NCBI GenBank assembly: GCA_040767805.1
Contig: JAXGNU010000009.1
Coordinates: 1-58,589, forward strand
Origin: Thermovirgaceae bacterium
GTDB lineage: Bacteria > Synergistota > Synergistia > Synergistales > Thermovirgaceae
Reading direction: 5' to 3'
Length of the DNA stretch: 58,589 nt
Shown here in pieces: positions 8,870 through 18,172 of this stretch; within the stretch, counting starts at the first letter, position 1; each line of letters begins with the position of its first letter. A program made the translations under genes and the position numbers. Below the pieces are notes generated by a model. It was not told the origin of the DNA. It did no database searches and was given only the letters and a program-made list of their open reading frames with translations.

Positions 8870-10026
8870 GGACCCCAACCCTGGATGATCCACTCGGCCG
8901 CCCTCCTCGCCTCGTTGAACGAAAGACCTTCGTTTTTCCTCCCCTGGGCCGGCGGTTTTTCATCGATCCCCTCGGGGTCATATTCCATTGCCAATCCCCT
9001 GTCACAGAATGATTCTATCATTAAGTCAAACCTGGGAATGCCCCAAAGCCTTCGGGGGGCCAGCAATTTTTTCTCGACCATCTTTGCCGTGATGTCCTGG
9101 AGAGCTTTCCTGGCCCCTCCCTGCCTTCCGATCCTGAGGATCTGGACGATGTGCCCCCCGGTCGCCGCCTCGGAGATCATGGAGACCGAGTCCTCGGTGC
9201 AGAAAATACGCTCACAGGCCCCGAGCATGCCGGGGACGGGATTCCAGGGGTCTCTGGTCCCCAAGACCAGCATCCTGACGTGGGGAAACCTTCTCACGGC
9301 CTCTTCGATCCTGGCTTCGGTCTCGGGCCGGGTCCTGCGGGAGGTGGTCATGTATACTTCGGCCCCCCTGGTCTTCGCCTCCTCCAGCAGGGGAAGCAGC
9401 ACCTCCCCCACCCAGGAGGGGGGAATGGTGTAGTTGGCGTCGTCCCCGCCGACCAATATCCCCCATCGCCTATTTTCCCCGCCGGGGAACCTGGACAGGA
9501 GCAGGGAGCCTTCCTCCTGGAGCAGTTCCTCCCGGATCATATTAGGGGCGCCGAGGGTTATGAGGAGGTTGGGGGAAGGCCGAGGATGATCATGCTCAGG
9601 GACGATGGCGAAGTCAAAAGGGGCCGTCCCCAGCACCGATGGAGTCATGATGGTACAGCATTTCTGCTCGGTCGCCCTGGCTAGGGCCAGGGCAAAAGGG
9701 GCGGCGCTGCTCCCTGCTGACAAAAAAAGGGCTGTTCCTGGATTGTTATTTTTTTTGAACAGTTTTTCCCGGGCTGAATCGAGGTGCCCGCCGCCCCCTG
9801 CCTGGCAGAGCCACTTCTCTGCTTCCTTCGCATCCACGCCAGGTAGGAGGAGGGGTTTGAATTTCAACAGGCGGATCCTTTCCCAACCAGAATAACGAGG
9901 CGCTCCCATCTCCAGTACAACAGCACCTGTAAACCTGGAGATCCAGCCGGCCACTCCTCTCGACTGGGAAACATGGCCCTGTATCCCGTCACTCAGGAGA
10001 AAGACAAAGGAGGGGAAAAGTGCCAC
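8866..10026 (-). CDS. ELM1 (mitochondrial fission ELM1-like)/GtrOC1 family putative glycosyltransferase
   Basis: LSDGIQGHVSQSRG, FDFAIVPEHD, LVGGD, TTSRRT, CTEDSVSMISEAATGG match the ELM1 family; GTG start with AAAAGGAG RBS. Confidence 0.82.
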   Translation of the reverse strand: MALFPSFVFLLSDGIQGHVSQSRGVAGWISRFTGAVVLEMGAPRYSGWERIRLLKFKPLLLPGVDAKEAEKWLCQAGGGGHLDSAREKLFKKNNNPGTALFLSAGSSAAPFALALARATEQKCCTIMTPSVLGTAPFDFAIVPEHDHPRPSPNLLITLGAPNMIREELLQEEGSLLLSRFPGGENRRWGILVGGDDANYTIPPSWVGEVLLPLLEEAKTRGAEVYMTTSRRTRPETEARIEEAVRRFPHVRMLVLGTRDPWNPVPGMLGACERIFCTEDSVSMISEAATGGHIVQILRIGRQGGARKALQDITAKMVEKKLLAPRRLWGIPRFDLMIESFCDRGLAMEYDPEGIDEKPPAQGRKNEGLSFNEARRAAEWIIQGWGP

Positions 10027-10196
10027 TTAATCACTCCTTTTCATTTGAGAATAAGCATTGCAATTGTACTCAAGAAATGGACCTTGACCTTGTTTAAAAT
10101 GGTTGTTGCAGTCTTGATGGACTCATTCCAGCCTTCCCTTTGACAATACCCCAGCATCTCATTCAAATGAAAAGCCAGTAGAACCTTGCCAATGTA

Positions 10197-10909
10197 ATGA
10201 CCTTAAAAAAGAACCGGAAGCCGACAAGGCGGAAGCCGTTTCTGGCCGAGCTGGAACAGTTCGTTCCATGGAAAGATCTGAATGCCATCATAGGGCCTTC
10301 CGATCCCCACTCCAAGGCAAGGAAGGGAAAACCACCCAAGCCTGAACGGATGCTCCGGGTCCATCCTCCAGCTAATGCCACCATCATCAACGCCCCGCCA
10401 CAGTGGAATAACAGGGAGAAAAAGCGGGATCCAAAGATGAGATACGCCAAAAAAGCACAACCAGAAATATTTTGGAATGAAGAACCATGTCAGGGTTGAC
10501 AGGGGCATCAAGCTGGTCCACAGTCTTGTAACAACATCGTAGAATGTTAACAAGAACCGGATGGTAAGAGACCTTCTTCACGGAGGCGAGGAGGCCGAAT
10601 GGGGTGACATGACACTTCCTTCATGAGACAGAACAAAGTGATTAGGGAGAAAACCCCTAAGGCACTTGACCTGACCCAGAAGAGGGATGCGAATTACAGG
10701 AAGCTCTCCGAAGAGAGAAAGGAAAAGAATTCCTCCGGAATTCCAGCCCGAGTAAATCACGTCTTCGACGTGGCAAAACATATTTTTTAATACAGGAAGG
10801 TTCCCTATTAGGGTCTTTCGAAGTACTTCTATTTCATCTTTGTTATTTTACGTTGTAGAACCTTAATATGGTCAGGTGGGATCTGCTCTCGCTCTTTGCA
10901 GGGTCATAG
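10197..10909 (+). pseudogene. degenerate IS5-family (IS5 subgroup) transposase with internal deletion, frameshifts and stops
   Basis: Successive blocks align by eye with IS5 InsH: PTRRKPFLAELEQFVPW...PERMLRVH | ATIINAP...RDPKM | YFGMKNHVRVD..KLVHSLVTT..DLLHGGEEAEWGD | ARVNHVFDVAKHIF*YRKVPY*GLSK | NLNMVRWDLL...*. Confidence 0.8.
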
Positions 10910-11035
10910 TGTCCCTGGTGTCAATTAACACCCAGATTCCCGCAGTAAATTTACATCCACTTTCCCGCAGATATACACATTCCTTCTTGAACGCGTTGGG
11001 GTGATTCGTGAACCTGAAATGTTTGACCGTTCAGG

Positions 11036-11827
11036 TCATCCCTCCTTCCGCGGTGCGGGCCTGGTCCGTTGTTCCATCTCCCAGAGGCGGTAACTGCTTC
11101 CGTCGACATGAACGACGTGGCAATGGTGTAAAAGCCTGTCCAGGATAGCGGTAGTGAGGACTTCGTCTCCTGCAAGCATCTCCGGCCAATCCCGTATGCT
11201 CTTGTTCGACGTGATGATCGTGCTCGCCCTTTCGTACCTGGCGCTTACCACCTTGAAGAGCAGGTGGGCGTCGCCCCGGTCCAGGACCTGAAACCCCAGC
11301 TCGTCTATCACGAGAACACCCGAGGAGAGGTATTTCCTCCTCCTGTTTCGCCTGGAAGGGTTCTCCTCGTCCCGCCTGAGGCGAAAAAGCAGGTCGTCGG
11401 CAGTCAGCCAGGAGACGGAGAAGCCATTCTGGACGGCCCGCACCCCTAACGCCGCGGCGAGGTGGCTCTTGCCCACTCCGGGCGGGCCGAGGAGGAGGAT
11501 GTTCTCCTTCCTCTTGGCGTATTCGCAGGTCGAAAGCAGCTCGATCTCCTTTTTGTTCACGCTCCGACCAAAGGTGAAGTCGAAGCTTTCAAGGGTCTTG
11601 CCCTGGGGCAGGCCGGACAGCTTCAGCGAGGTCCTTATCCTGCGCTCTTCCCGGTATTCATGTTCTCTTCTCAAAACCTTTTCCAGAAAGTCACCGTAGG
11701 AGGCGTTGTCCTTTACGGCCTGTTCCATGAGCTCCGCCACGAGGTGCTGGGCATGCTCAAAGCCCATCTCTTCCAGCAAAGACCTGCTCGCGTCCAGACC
11801 GGTCACTGCCTCTTGAAGCCTGGTCAT
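11036..11827 (-). CDS. istB: IS21 helper AAA+ ATPase
   Basis: GPPGVGKSHLA Walker A, LVIDELGF Walker B, ITSNKS, AILDRLLHH. Confidence 0.96.
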   Translation of the reverse strand: MTRLQEAVTGLDASRSLLEEMGFEHAQHLVAELMEQAVKDNASYGDFLEKVLRREHEYREERRIRTSLKLSGLPQGKTLESFDFTFGRSVNKKEIELLSTCEYAKRKENILLLGPPGVGKSHLAAALGVRAVQNGFSVSWLTADDLLFRLRRDEENPSRRNRRRKYLSSGVLVIDELGFQVLDRGDAHLLFKVVSARYERASTIITSNKSIRDWPEMLAGDEVLTTAILDRLLHHCHVVHVDGSSYRLWEMEQRTRPAPRKEG

Positions 11828-13110
11828 GACCGTGTACCCACAGCTTCCGCGTAGCGATCTATGGAACGCCTGGGGGCATCTTCTATCTCCCAGCTTCTGG
11901 GTATTACGATCTCCCTGCCAATTTTCCCAAGAGGAACAGGGGTCTTTCCCGTGCCTTCGCTGGCCCCTTCGTAGTGGCCCTGGTCAATGAGAAGCCTGCA
12001 GTCCGTTTTGCGCGGGAAGGTGCAGAGCAGTTTCCCCTCTCCCCATATCTCGACGGTGTCCGTACACCCCCTGACCTGGACTGTCCGTTTAGTCCAAGTG
12101 TAGGGGACGCTGTAACGTCTTCCCTCGAAGGAGACAAGGCAATCCCGGCCAACTTCCCTCGAGACCTGTACATCGAAGGGTACAGGAAGAAAAAATGGAA
12201 GGGGCTTTAGATGCTGCTTTTCAAGGTTCCAGCTGTCGTAGATGCTTTTGCCCGTTACTGGGCATAGTAACTTCCGTGATCTGGCAAGGATCCGGAGGGT
12301 GCTGGTCTCCTGCAGGTCCTCCATATCCTCGAACCGGTCCTTCTCCGTAATCTGGAGCGTCTTCACATCCTGGACCCTACGTTCCGCCTTGCCCTTGTCC
12401 CTGGGTGTCCTGACCCTGTGGGGGTCTATGGCGAAATCCATCTGCTTCGCGTAGGAGGCGTACCCTTCGTTGAGCTTCGCCCAGGCTCCGCAGCCGCAGG
12501 CTACTCCCGTTTTGAGGTTGTCGATCCTGACCGTGGACGGGACACCTCCCAGGAATTCGAAGGCCCTGTTGTGGCAGGTAAGCCAGGTGAGCATGTTTTC
12601 GCTCCGGCTCCAGACGACGGACCACATCCGGGAGTGGGACAGGGTCATTATGAATGCCGAGATCTTTGTCTCTCCGCCAAGTTCGTGGATATAGATCTTC
12701 TTTTGAAGCCAGTCGGCCTGAGCTTGCGCCCCCGGCTTGGTCTCCACCCGGCGGAAGGGGGCAGGGAAAGGGGCCTTGCGCCTCCTTTTGACGAACCTGT
12801 AGACACTCATATAGCTCCCCGTGTATCCGTGGTCCGCGCAGAGTCTCTCATACAATGCCTGAACGGATTCCGGCCGCTCCTGCCCTTCCTGCTCCTGTAT
12901 CCACTCGAGGACAAGGGGTCGGAAGGGAGCGCACGCTTCCTCCTGGAGCGATCTGCCATCCACGGCTCCTGTCCGATGCCGTTCGAGCCTGTATCTCAAG
13001 GTGCTTTCGTCCACGCAAAAGGTGGACGCTATATCCCTGATGCTTTTGTGGTTTGCTAGTTCTTCCGCGCACATGATGTGATGCTCCTTTAGCTTCGCCA
13101 CGGTTGGCAC
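11824..13110 (-). CDS. istA: IS21 DDE transposase
   Basis: N-terminal HTH; RVETKPGAQAQADW, FLGGVPSTVRIDNLKT, PRDKGKAER, FEGRRYSVP; ATGA overlap with istB. Confidence 0.95.
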   Translation of the reverse strand: MPTVAKLKEHHIMCAEELANHKSIRDIASTFCVDESTLRYRLERHRTGAVDGRSLQEEACAPFRPLVLEWIQEQEGQERPESVQALYERLCADHGYTGSYMSVYRFVKRRRKAPFPAPFRRVETKPGAQAQADWLQKKIYIHELGGETKISAFIMTLSHSRMWSVVWSRSENMLTWLTCHNRAFEFLGGVPSTVRIDNLKTGVACGCGAWAKLNEGYASYAKQMDFAIDPHRVRTPRDKGKAERRVQDVKTLQITEKDRFEDMEDLQETSTLRILARSRKLLCPVTGKSIYDSWNLEKQHLKPLPFFLPVPFDVQVSREVGRDCLVSFEGRRYSVPYTWTKRTVQVRGCTDTVEIWGEGKLLCTFPRKTDCRLLIDQGHYEGASEGTGKTPVPLGKIGREIVIPRSWEIEDAPRRSIDRYAEAVGTRS

Positions 13111-13542
13111 CCCCGTCCAGGTCCTTCCTGAACAAAGAATGCCATATCCGTTTACAAGACTTCACCTCAAGATTGTATCCATGTGCGGGAATCTGGATGT
13201 AAATTTAGATCCATCATATGGGTGTTGGTGACACCTGGATAATGGGGAAAACCAAAAAACGAAAAGAGCGATACAGGCCTCCGTAGGTCTTGTAATAATC
13301 ATCAAAAGGCCAAAAAGGCTTGGATGGCCACATGAAACGGATTCGGGTGTCAAGGTTCAGCAGTTGCGGCTTCCAAGTTTTTCTGTAAAAAAAGTTCCTT
13401 AAGATTCCTTTGTATTTAATCAATTTTCTCGAATATTTTCCTTTGCCCCAATAGTAAAAAAGAAACTTCATCAATTTAGGAGGGGAATGCTATTCCGCGG
13501 CTAACCAGAAGCGACAGCGTTGCCCTAACACCACTGAAGTGT

Positions 13543-14196
13543 TTGAATAATCTGCGAAAACACATCCGTTACACTTTCCGTTTCACCTTGAGAGCCTTGT
13601 TAAGAGATAACGCAAACAGATTCTGTTTCGGACCAGATGCTCCCAAGTTTGCTGAAAGAATCTGGGTAAACCCCTTTGATTGCACAGTTTGCCTCACCGG
13701 ATTAAGTAATCGTTACACCGGAAAGGTCGTTGGGGACCCTTGGCCTCCCAAAGGTGGCACGATTCGTGAATTCAGCGATAGTTTTAAACTGCAAGCATGC
13801 TTTGAACATTGGAAGAAAGGAATCCTGTGGGAGGAAACCGGGATCTATGATCGTCTTCTACAAAGAATAAAAGCAGACCCGAGAGGCCGTTTTGACGACT
13901 GTTCGAACATTGAGGACATCCAGAAAAGATATAAAAAACTGGATGATCTTTTCAATGAATCAAAGAAGAAAGGTTATTACCCAGAGATTAAACCGAGTAA
14001 CAATAACTGGGCCTTCAGAGAATATGACGGCATTACCATCCATATTGGTCCTGATGGCCGTCTCTATTTTGGTGGAAATGGCACCCATCGATTTGCTCTA
14101 GCCCTTGTGTTGCAACTGACCCGGATCCCGGCCATGTTAGGTTGTGTTCACATAAATGCACTACCATTATTGCCATCATACCGGGAAAAAGAGTGA
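13543..14196 (+). CDS. hypothetical protein with C-terminal ParB/sulfiredoxin-like G-x-H-R motif
   Basis: 217 aa low-GC ORF, the only intact plus-strand gene seen; WEETGIY...RYKKLDDLFNESKKKGY...ITIHIGPDGRLYFGGNGTHRFALALVLQLTRIP. Confidence 0.7.
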   Translation: MNNLRKHIRYTFRFTLRALLRDNANRFCFGPDAPKFAERIWVNPFDCTVCLTGLSNRYTGKVVGDPWPPKGGTIREFSDSFKLQACFEHWKKGILWEETGIYDRLLQRIKADPRGRFDDCSNIEDIQKRYKKLDDLFNESKKKGYYPEIKPSNNNWAFREYDGITIHIGPDGRLYFGGNGTHRFALALVLQLTRIPAMLGCVHINALPLLPSYREKE

Positions 14197-14431
14197 AAGG
14201 ACATGTAAAAGAGTTCAGCTGTCCAAACTAAAACAGAACCGCTCGAAAACCTTTGAAAAAAGAACATAAGCCTTGTTGTAATCCGCCTTCAGGACCCGAG
14301 CTATTGTTGCCTGATCCTTCACGGGCCCGTCGCTCCGCTTCAAAAGCACCAAGATGTTCTGTACTGCGCAGACCAGGTTTTCCTAGATGCTCTCTCCTCA
14401 TCACTTCCTCCAGTGTGCACGGTTTTAGCCG

Positions 14432-14515
14432 TAAGGCCTGTCCCTGGTTTTCATGACTCCTTACGCCGTCCTTCAGGACGAACACTATCCCTGTACCCCT
14501 GGACCCGTCTTGCAT
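14432..14515 (-). pseudogene. possible 5' remnant of a second ELM1-family gene
   Basis: MQDGSRGTGIVFVLKDGVRSHENQGQAL resembles the N-terminus of the intact 8866-10026 protein (FVFLLSDGIQGHVSQSRGVA); similarity ends after ~28 codons. Confidence 0.4.
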
Positions 14516-14552
14516 GGTCTTTATCTACCTTCTACCCTTCCCTGCACAATGG

Positions 14553-14595
14553 GCCGACTGACACCCTTCAACACCCCAGGGCCCGGCGCACCCTT
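14553..14595. repeat. direct repeat copy 2 (duplicate of kdsB 3' end)
   Basis: GCCGACTGACACCCTTCAACACCCCAGGGCCCGGCGCACCCTT; 42/43 identical to 19384-19426, 37 bp perfect. Confidence 0.95.
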
Positions 14596-14597
14596 CT

Positions 14598-15569
14598 CTA
14601 TCGGGCGAACACGCCAACGCTTTGTAGCATCTCGACCGAGGACTTGAACACTTCATCGACCTTGATAGTCCTCATAGGCTCGTTGCCGCCATTCCTCCCG
14701 GCCGCCACACAACTATGCCTGGTACCCCAGGGACCGAAACGAGCTAGGTTCTTCGGCAGGTAGAGGCCTACCACCGGCGTGCCCACGGCGCAGGCCAAGT
14801 GAAGGGGCCCGGTGTCGTTGGACACGAAAAGGACCGATCTCTCAATAAGCGCCCCAAGGGTCGTGACGTGACGGTCCCCTGAAAAGTTACCGCACCTTTC
14901 TTCGCCTATCGCTTCGCATATCTTTGCGGCAGCTTCCCGCTCCGCCCCGTAGTATCCCGTCACGCCGAGATTAATACAAAAGGAGTCGACCACACGAAGG
15001 CCCAGTTCGATGAAGTTTTCCAGGGGCCAGGTCTTGTATTTCCCGGGGGTTCCGGGGTTGAGGAGTACCCAGGGCCTGTCCTTCCACCTCGAGGCCATCA
15101 ACCGGCAGGCCTCTTCCCTTGACTGTGGCGGAATGAAAAACCGGAGTCTCCGGCCATAGACGGGCACCCCCAGGGTTGTCATGCACCAGATGTTTCTCTC
15201 CACCTCGTGCATTTTTTGGGGGAGGAAGAGTTCCCTTAATCCCCAGAAAGGGCGATAACGGGCGCCGGAAAAGAGAGGCATCGCCGAAGAGCGCAAGTCT
15301 ACCAGGAGATCATGGGGGTATGACCTGATCGTTCCGACCGATGCCAGGCGCCCTCTCAAACCCTTTTCACGACGGTATTCCTCGACCTTGTCCCAAAGGG
15401 GGTCTCTCTCAAGGACCGGAAGTGCCACGGGCCCGGCAAGAATTGTGAAGTGCGCGTCGGGAAGGAAACGCCTGAGGTTCCAGAGGGCGGCGGTGGAAAG
15501 GATCATGTCCCCCATGCATGAAAGGCCGATGACAAGAACGCGCTCAATCTTTTCGGGGTCTAACTTCAG
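14598..15569 (-). CDS. family 9 glycosyltransferase (ADP-heptose:LPS heptosyltransferase, WaaC/WaaF-like)
   Basis: RVLVIGLSCMGDMILST, LLNPGTPGKYKTWP, FVSNDTGPLHLACAVGTPVVGLY; probable CTG start at 15569 behind GAGGGAGG. Confidence 0.88.
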   Translation of the reverse strand: MKLDPEKIERVLVIGLSCMGDMILSTAALWNLRRFLPDAHFTILAGPVALPVLERDPLWDKVEEYRREKGLRGRLASVGTIRSYPHDLLVDLRSSAMPLFSGARYRPFWGLRELFLPQKMHEVERNIWCMTTLGVPVYGRRLRFFIPPQSREEACRLMASRWKDRPWVLLNPGTPGKYKTWPLENFIELGLRVVDSFCINLGVTGYYGAEREAAAKICEAIGEERCGNFSGDRHVTTLGALIERSVLFVSNDTGPLHLACAVGTPVVGLYLPKNLARFGPWGTRHSCVAAGRNGGNEPMRTIKVDEVFKSSVEMLQSVGVFAR

Positions 15570-15702
15570 CCCGTTCCCTCCCTCTCTTTCCCGTACACCC
15601 GGGGTAAACCGACCCAAAACGGGGGAGCAACCGGGACCCATCACCACGATGAGCCTGCAGACCGGCAGAGGCCTAGGAGCGCCATGGGTTTTCCCGTAGA
15701 TT

Positions 15703-17202
15703 CTACTTTTCGCCGCCTCCGGCGGGGAATTTTCTCGCCCGTTCCCATATTTTGGAAGAACTAAGGCCTTCCAGCAGCGGGACCAGGACCACCTTGCCGC
15801 CCCAGGAGGCGACCTCGCGGGCTCCAGCGATCTCTTCCTCACGGTAGTCCCCGCCCTTGACGAGAACGTCAGGCCTCAGGACATTGATGAGGGGCAAGGG
15901 CGTCTTTTCCTCGAATACCACCACCATGTCCACCGCTGCCAGTGACGACAGCACTTTGGCCCGGAGTTCCTGGGGATTGAGAGGCCGGCCCGGCCCCTTG
16001 TTCATCTTGACCGACCGATCGGAGTTCAACCCGACCACAAGCCTGTCGCCCTGCTCTTTAGCTTTCTCCAGGCAATGGACATGACCAGCGTGGAGGATAT
16101 CGAAGCAGCCGTTGGTGAAAACGATCCTGTTCCCTTGTTTTTTCCATTCTTCCGTGATTAGAGCCGCATCCTCAGCATCCTTGACCTTCCCGGAGGAACC
16201 CGGAGGCTGAACTCTCATGATAATGTCCAGCAGTTCTCCCCTGCTTGCAGCGTAGATCCCGACCTTTCCCACGACGTACCCGGCTGCCAGGTTGGCCATC
16301 CTGGCAGAGTCCCTCAGGGAGGCCCTCGCCGAGATGAAGGCGGAAAGGACCGCCACAACCGTGTCGCCCGCTCCGGTCACATCAAAAATCTCAAGGGCCC
16401 TGGCGGGTTCGTGGAAGGTGGCGTCCGCCGAGAGGAGTGAAAGGCCTTTTTCAGACCTCGTCACGACGATGGAGCCAAGGCTGAATCGGTCCATCAGCTC
16501 CCGGGCCGCCAGTTCGATGTCGTCGTCGGCGTTCGGGACCTCCCTCCCCCGGGCTGCACCCAGCTCCTTGAGGTTCGGGGTCACCAGGGAAGCTCCCCTG
16601 TACTTTTCCCATTCCGCCCCCTTGGGGTCGACGATGAGGGGTATCCCCCTGTCCACGCACTCCCGGATGACGCCCTGGCATACCCCGAAGGTGCAGACTC
16701 CCTTCCCGTAGTCCGAAAGGACGACCCCATTGAAACCGTCGAGAAAAGGGCCGGTCACCCGTTTCAACAGTCTTTCCTCTTCCCCGGGTGAAAGGGGCGT
16801 CTCGTCCTCGAAATCGAGCCTCAGCATCTGCTGCCTCGAGGAAAGGATCCTCACCTTCTTCGTGGTGGACCTCTCCGCTGAGGGGATCAGCCTGCCGCCT
16901 ATTCCTTTCGAAGCCACCAGGTCCGCGAGGACCGCTCCTTCTTCATCGTCGCCGACGACAGCGGCCAACTCGACCGGGCAACCCAGGCAGACGAGGTTAT
17001 GAGCGACGTTGCAAGCTCCCCCCAAACCGAAGCTCGATGAACGGACCTTGACCACTGGGATGGGCGCTTCGGGCGAAATCCTTCCCGTTGAACCCTCGTA
17101 GGTCTGGTCCAGGATGGGGTCCCCGACCACGAGCACCCTTGAGCCGCCGAAACCTTTTCTGAGAAGATCGAGGGCGGCCTCCTGTACTACCATCTCATCC
17201 AC
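15703..17202 (-). CDS. hldE: bifunctional heptose 7-phosphate kinase / heptose 1-phosphate adenylyltransferase
   Basis: VLVVGDPILD..RISPEAPIPVV, DVTGAGDTV (PfkB) plus VFTNGCFDILHAGHV..GLNSDRSV..VKGGDY. Confidence 0.96.
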   Translation of the reverse strand: MDEMVVQEAALDLLRKGFGGSRVLVVGDPILDQTYEGSTGRISPEAPIPVVKVRSSSFGLGGACNVAHNLVCLGCPVELAAVVGDDEEGAVLADLVASKGIGGRLIPSAERSTTKKVRILSSRQQMLRLDFEDETPLSPGEEERLLKRVTGPFLDGFNGVVLSDYGKGVCTFGVCQGVIRECVDRGIPLIVDPKGAEWEKYRGASLVTPNLKELGAARGREVPNADDDIELAARELMDRFSLGSIVVTRSEKGLSLLSADATFHEPARALEIFDVTGAGDTVVAVLSAFISARASLRDSARMANLAAGYVVGKVGIYAASRGELLDIIMRVQPPGSSGKVKDAEDAALITEEWKKQGNRIVFTNGCFDILHAGHVHCLEKAKEQGDRLVVGLNSDRSVKMNKGPGRPLNPQELRAKVLSSLAAVDMVVVFEEKTPLPLINVLRPDVLVKGGDYREEEIAGAREVASWGGKVVLVPLLEGLSSSKIWERARKFPAGGGEK

Positions 17203-18172
17203 CCTCCCCGAAAAGGTAACCGCCGTTCCTTTCCAGAAGAGCCACGTACCTCTCTACCGCTTCCTCCAGGGGGGTAAAACCCGCCACGAAGCCTGCCGAT
17301 CTCAACCTGGAGAGGTCGGCTTTGGTGTAACCCTGGTATTTTCCTTTCATTTCTTCCGGAAAGGGGATGTATTCCACCCTGCCCTTCCCGACCGATCTTA
17401 TAACGGAGTCGGCCAGGTCCTGGAAGGACCTGGACTTGCCGGTCCCGCAGTTGAAAATACCGGACTTCTCAGGGTGTTCCAGGAAGAAGAGGTTCACCTT
17501 GACGGCGTCCTCCACGGCGAGGAAATCCCTTCGCTGTTCCCCGGGGCCGTAACCGCCGGAACCCTCGAAGAGCCTTATCGTTCCGTCGGCGATGATGCTG
17601 TTGTAGGCATGGAAAACCATCGAGGCCATTTTCCCCTTGTGGGCCTCCTGGGGGCCGAAGACGTTGAAATACCTCAACCCCACGACCTGGGACCCTGCCG
17701 TCGGGAGTTTATGCCTCACGTAGTTGTCAAAAAGGAGCTTTGAAAAAGCGTACAGGTTCAGTGGGAACTCACAGCCGGGTTCCTCCCGGAAACCGTTCCC
17801 GCCCGACCCGTAAACCGACGCGGAGGAAGCGTAGATGAAGGGGAAGCCTTCGGCTACGGCGAGATCGAGGAGTTCACGGGAGTACCGGTAATTATTGTCC
17901 AGCATGTAGTCCCCGTCGGTATTCAGGGTGTCAGAACAAGCCCCCTGGTGGAAAAGGGCCCTGATCCTTTTTCCTTTAAAAGCTCCTCGCCTGACCAGTT
18001 CCCTAAAGTCGTCCCTGTCGATAAAGTCCGAAAACCCTAGTCCCCTGAGATTTTTATACTTTTCCGACCTGCCCACGTGGTCCACCACGAGGATGTCGTC
18101 GATGCCCTTCCCGTTCAGCCCGGCGACGAGGTTGCTGCCGATAAACCCCGCGCCGCCGGTCACGATGATCAA
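17195..18172 (-). CDS. hldD: ADP-L-glycero-D-manno-heptose 6-epimerase
   Basis: [61 protein letters not shown]. Confidence 0.96.
   Translation of the reverse strand: MIIVTGGAGFIGSNLVAGLNGKGIDDILVVDHVGRSEKYKNLRGLGFSDFIDRDDFRELVRRGAFKGKRIRALFHQGACSDTLNTDGDYMLDNNYRYSRELLDLAVAEGFPFIYASSASVYGSGGNGFREEPGCEFPLNLYAFSKLLFDNYVRHKLPTAGSQVVGLRYFNVFGPQEAHKGKMASMVFHAYNSIIADGTIRLFEGSGGYGPGEQRRDFLAVEDAVKVNLFFLEHPEKSGIFNCGTGKSRSFQDLADSVIRSVGKGRVEYIPFPEEMKGKYQGYTKADLSRLRSAGFVAGFTPLEEAVERYVALLERNGGYLFGEGG

Larger units (their letters stand above)
10919..13233 (-). mobile_element. intact IS21-family insertion sequence (2315 bp) with 5-bp target duplication CCTGG
   Basis: TG...CA ends; imperfect inverted ends TGTCAATTAACACCCA...TAAATTTACATCCACTTTCCCGCA (10919) vs TGTCACCAACACCCA...TAAATTTACATCCAGATTCCCGCA (reverse complement from 13233); CCTGG at 10914-10918 and 13234-13238; contains istA-istB. 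Confidence 0.95.

Noticed and set aside
10785..10806. TTAATACAGGAAGGTTCCCT as IS5 right inverted repeat
   Set aside because: It encodes the YRKVxY motif of the decayed transposase, which continues to 10909.
13214..13474. 86-aa minus-strand ORF as a gene interrupted by IS21
   Set aside because: Rejoining across the IS adds only ~22 codons with no recognisable motif; the flanks are better explained as the IS5 3' end.
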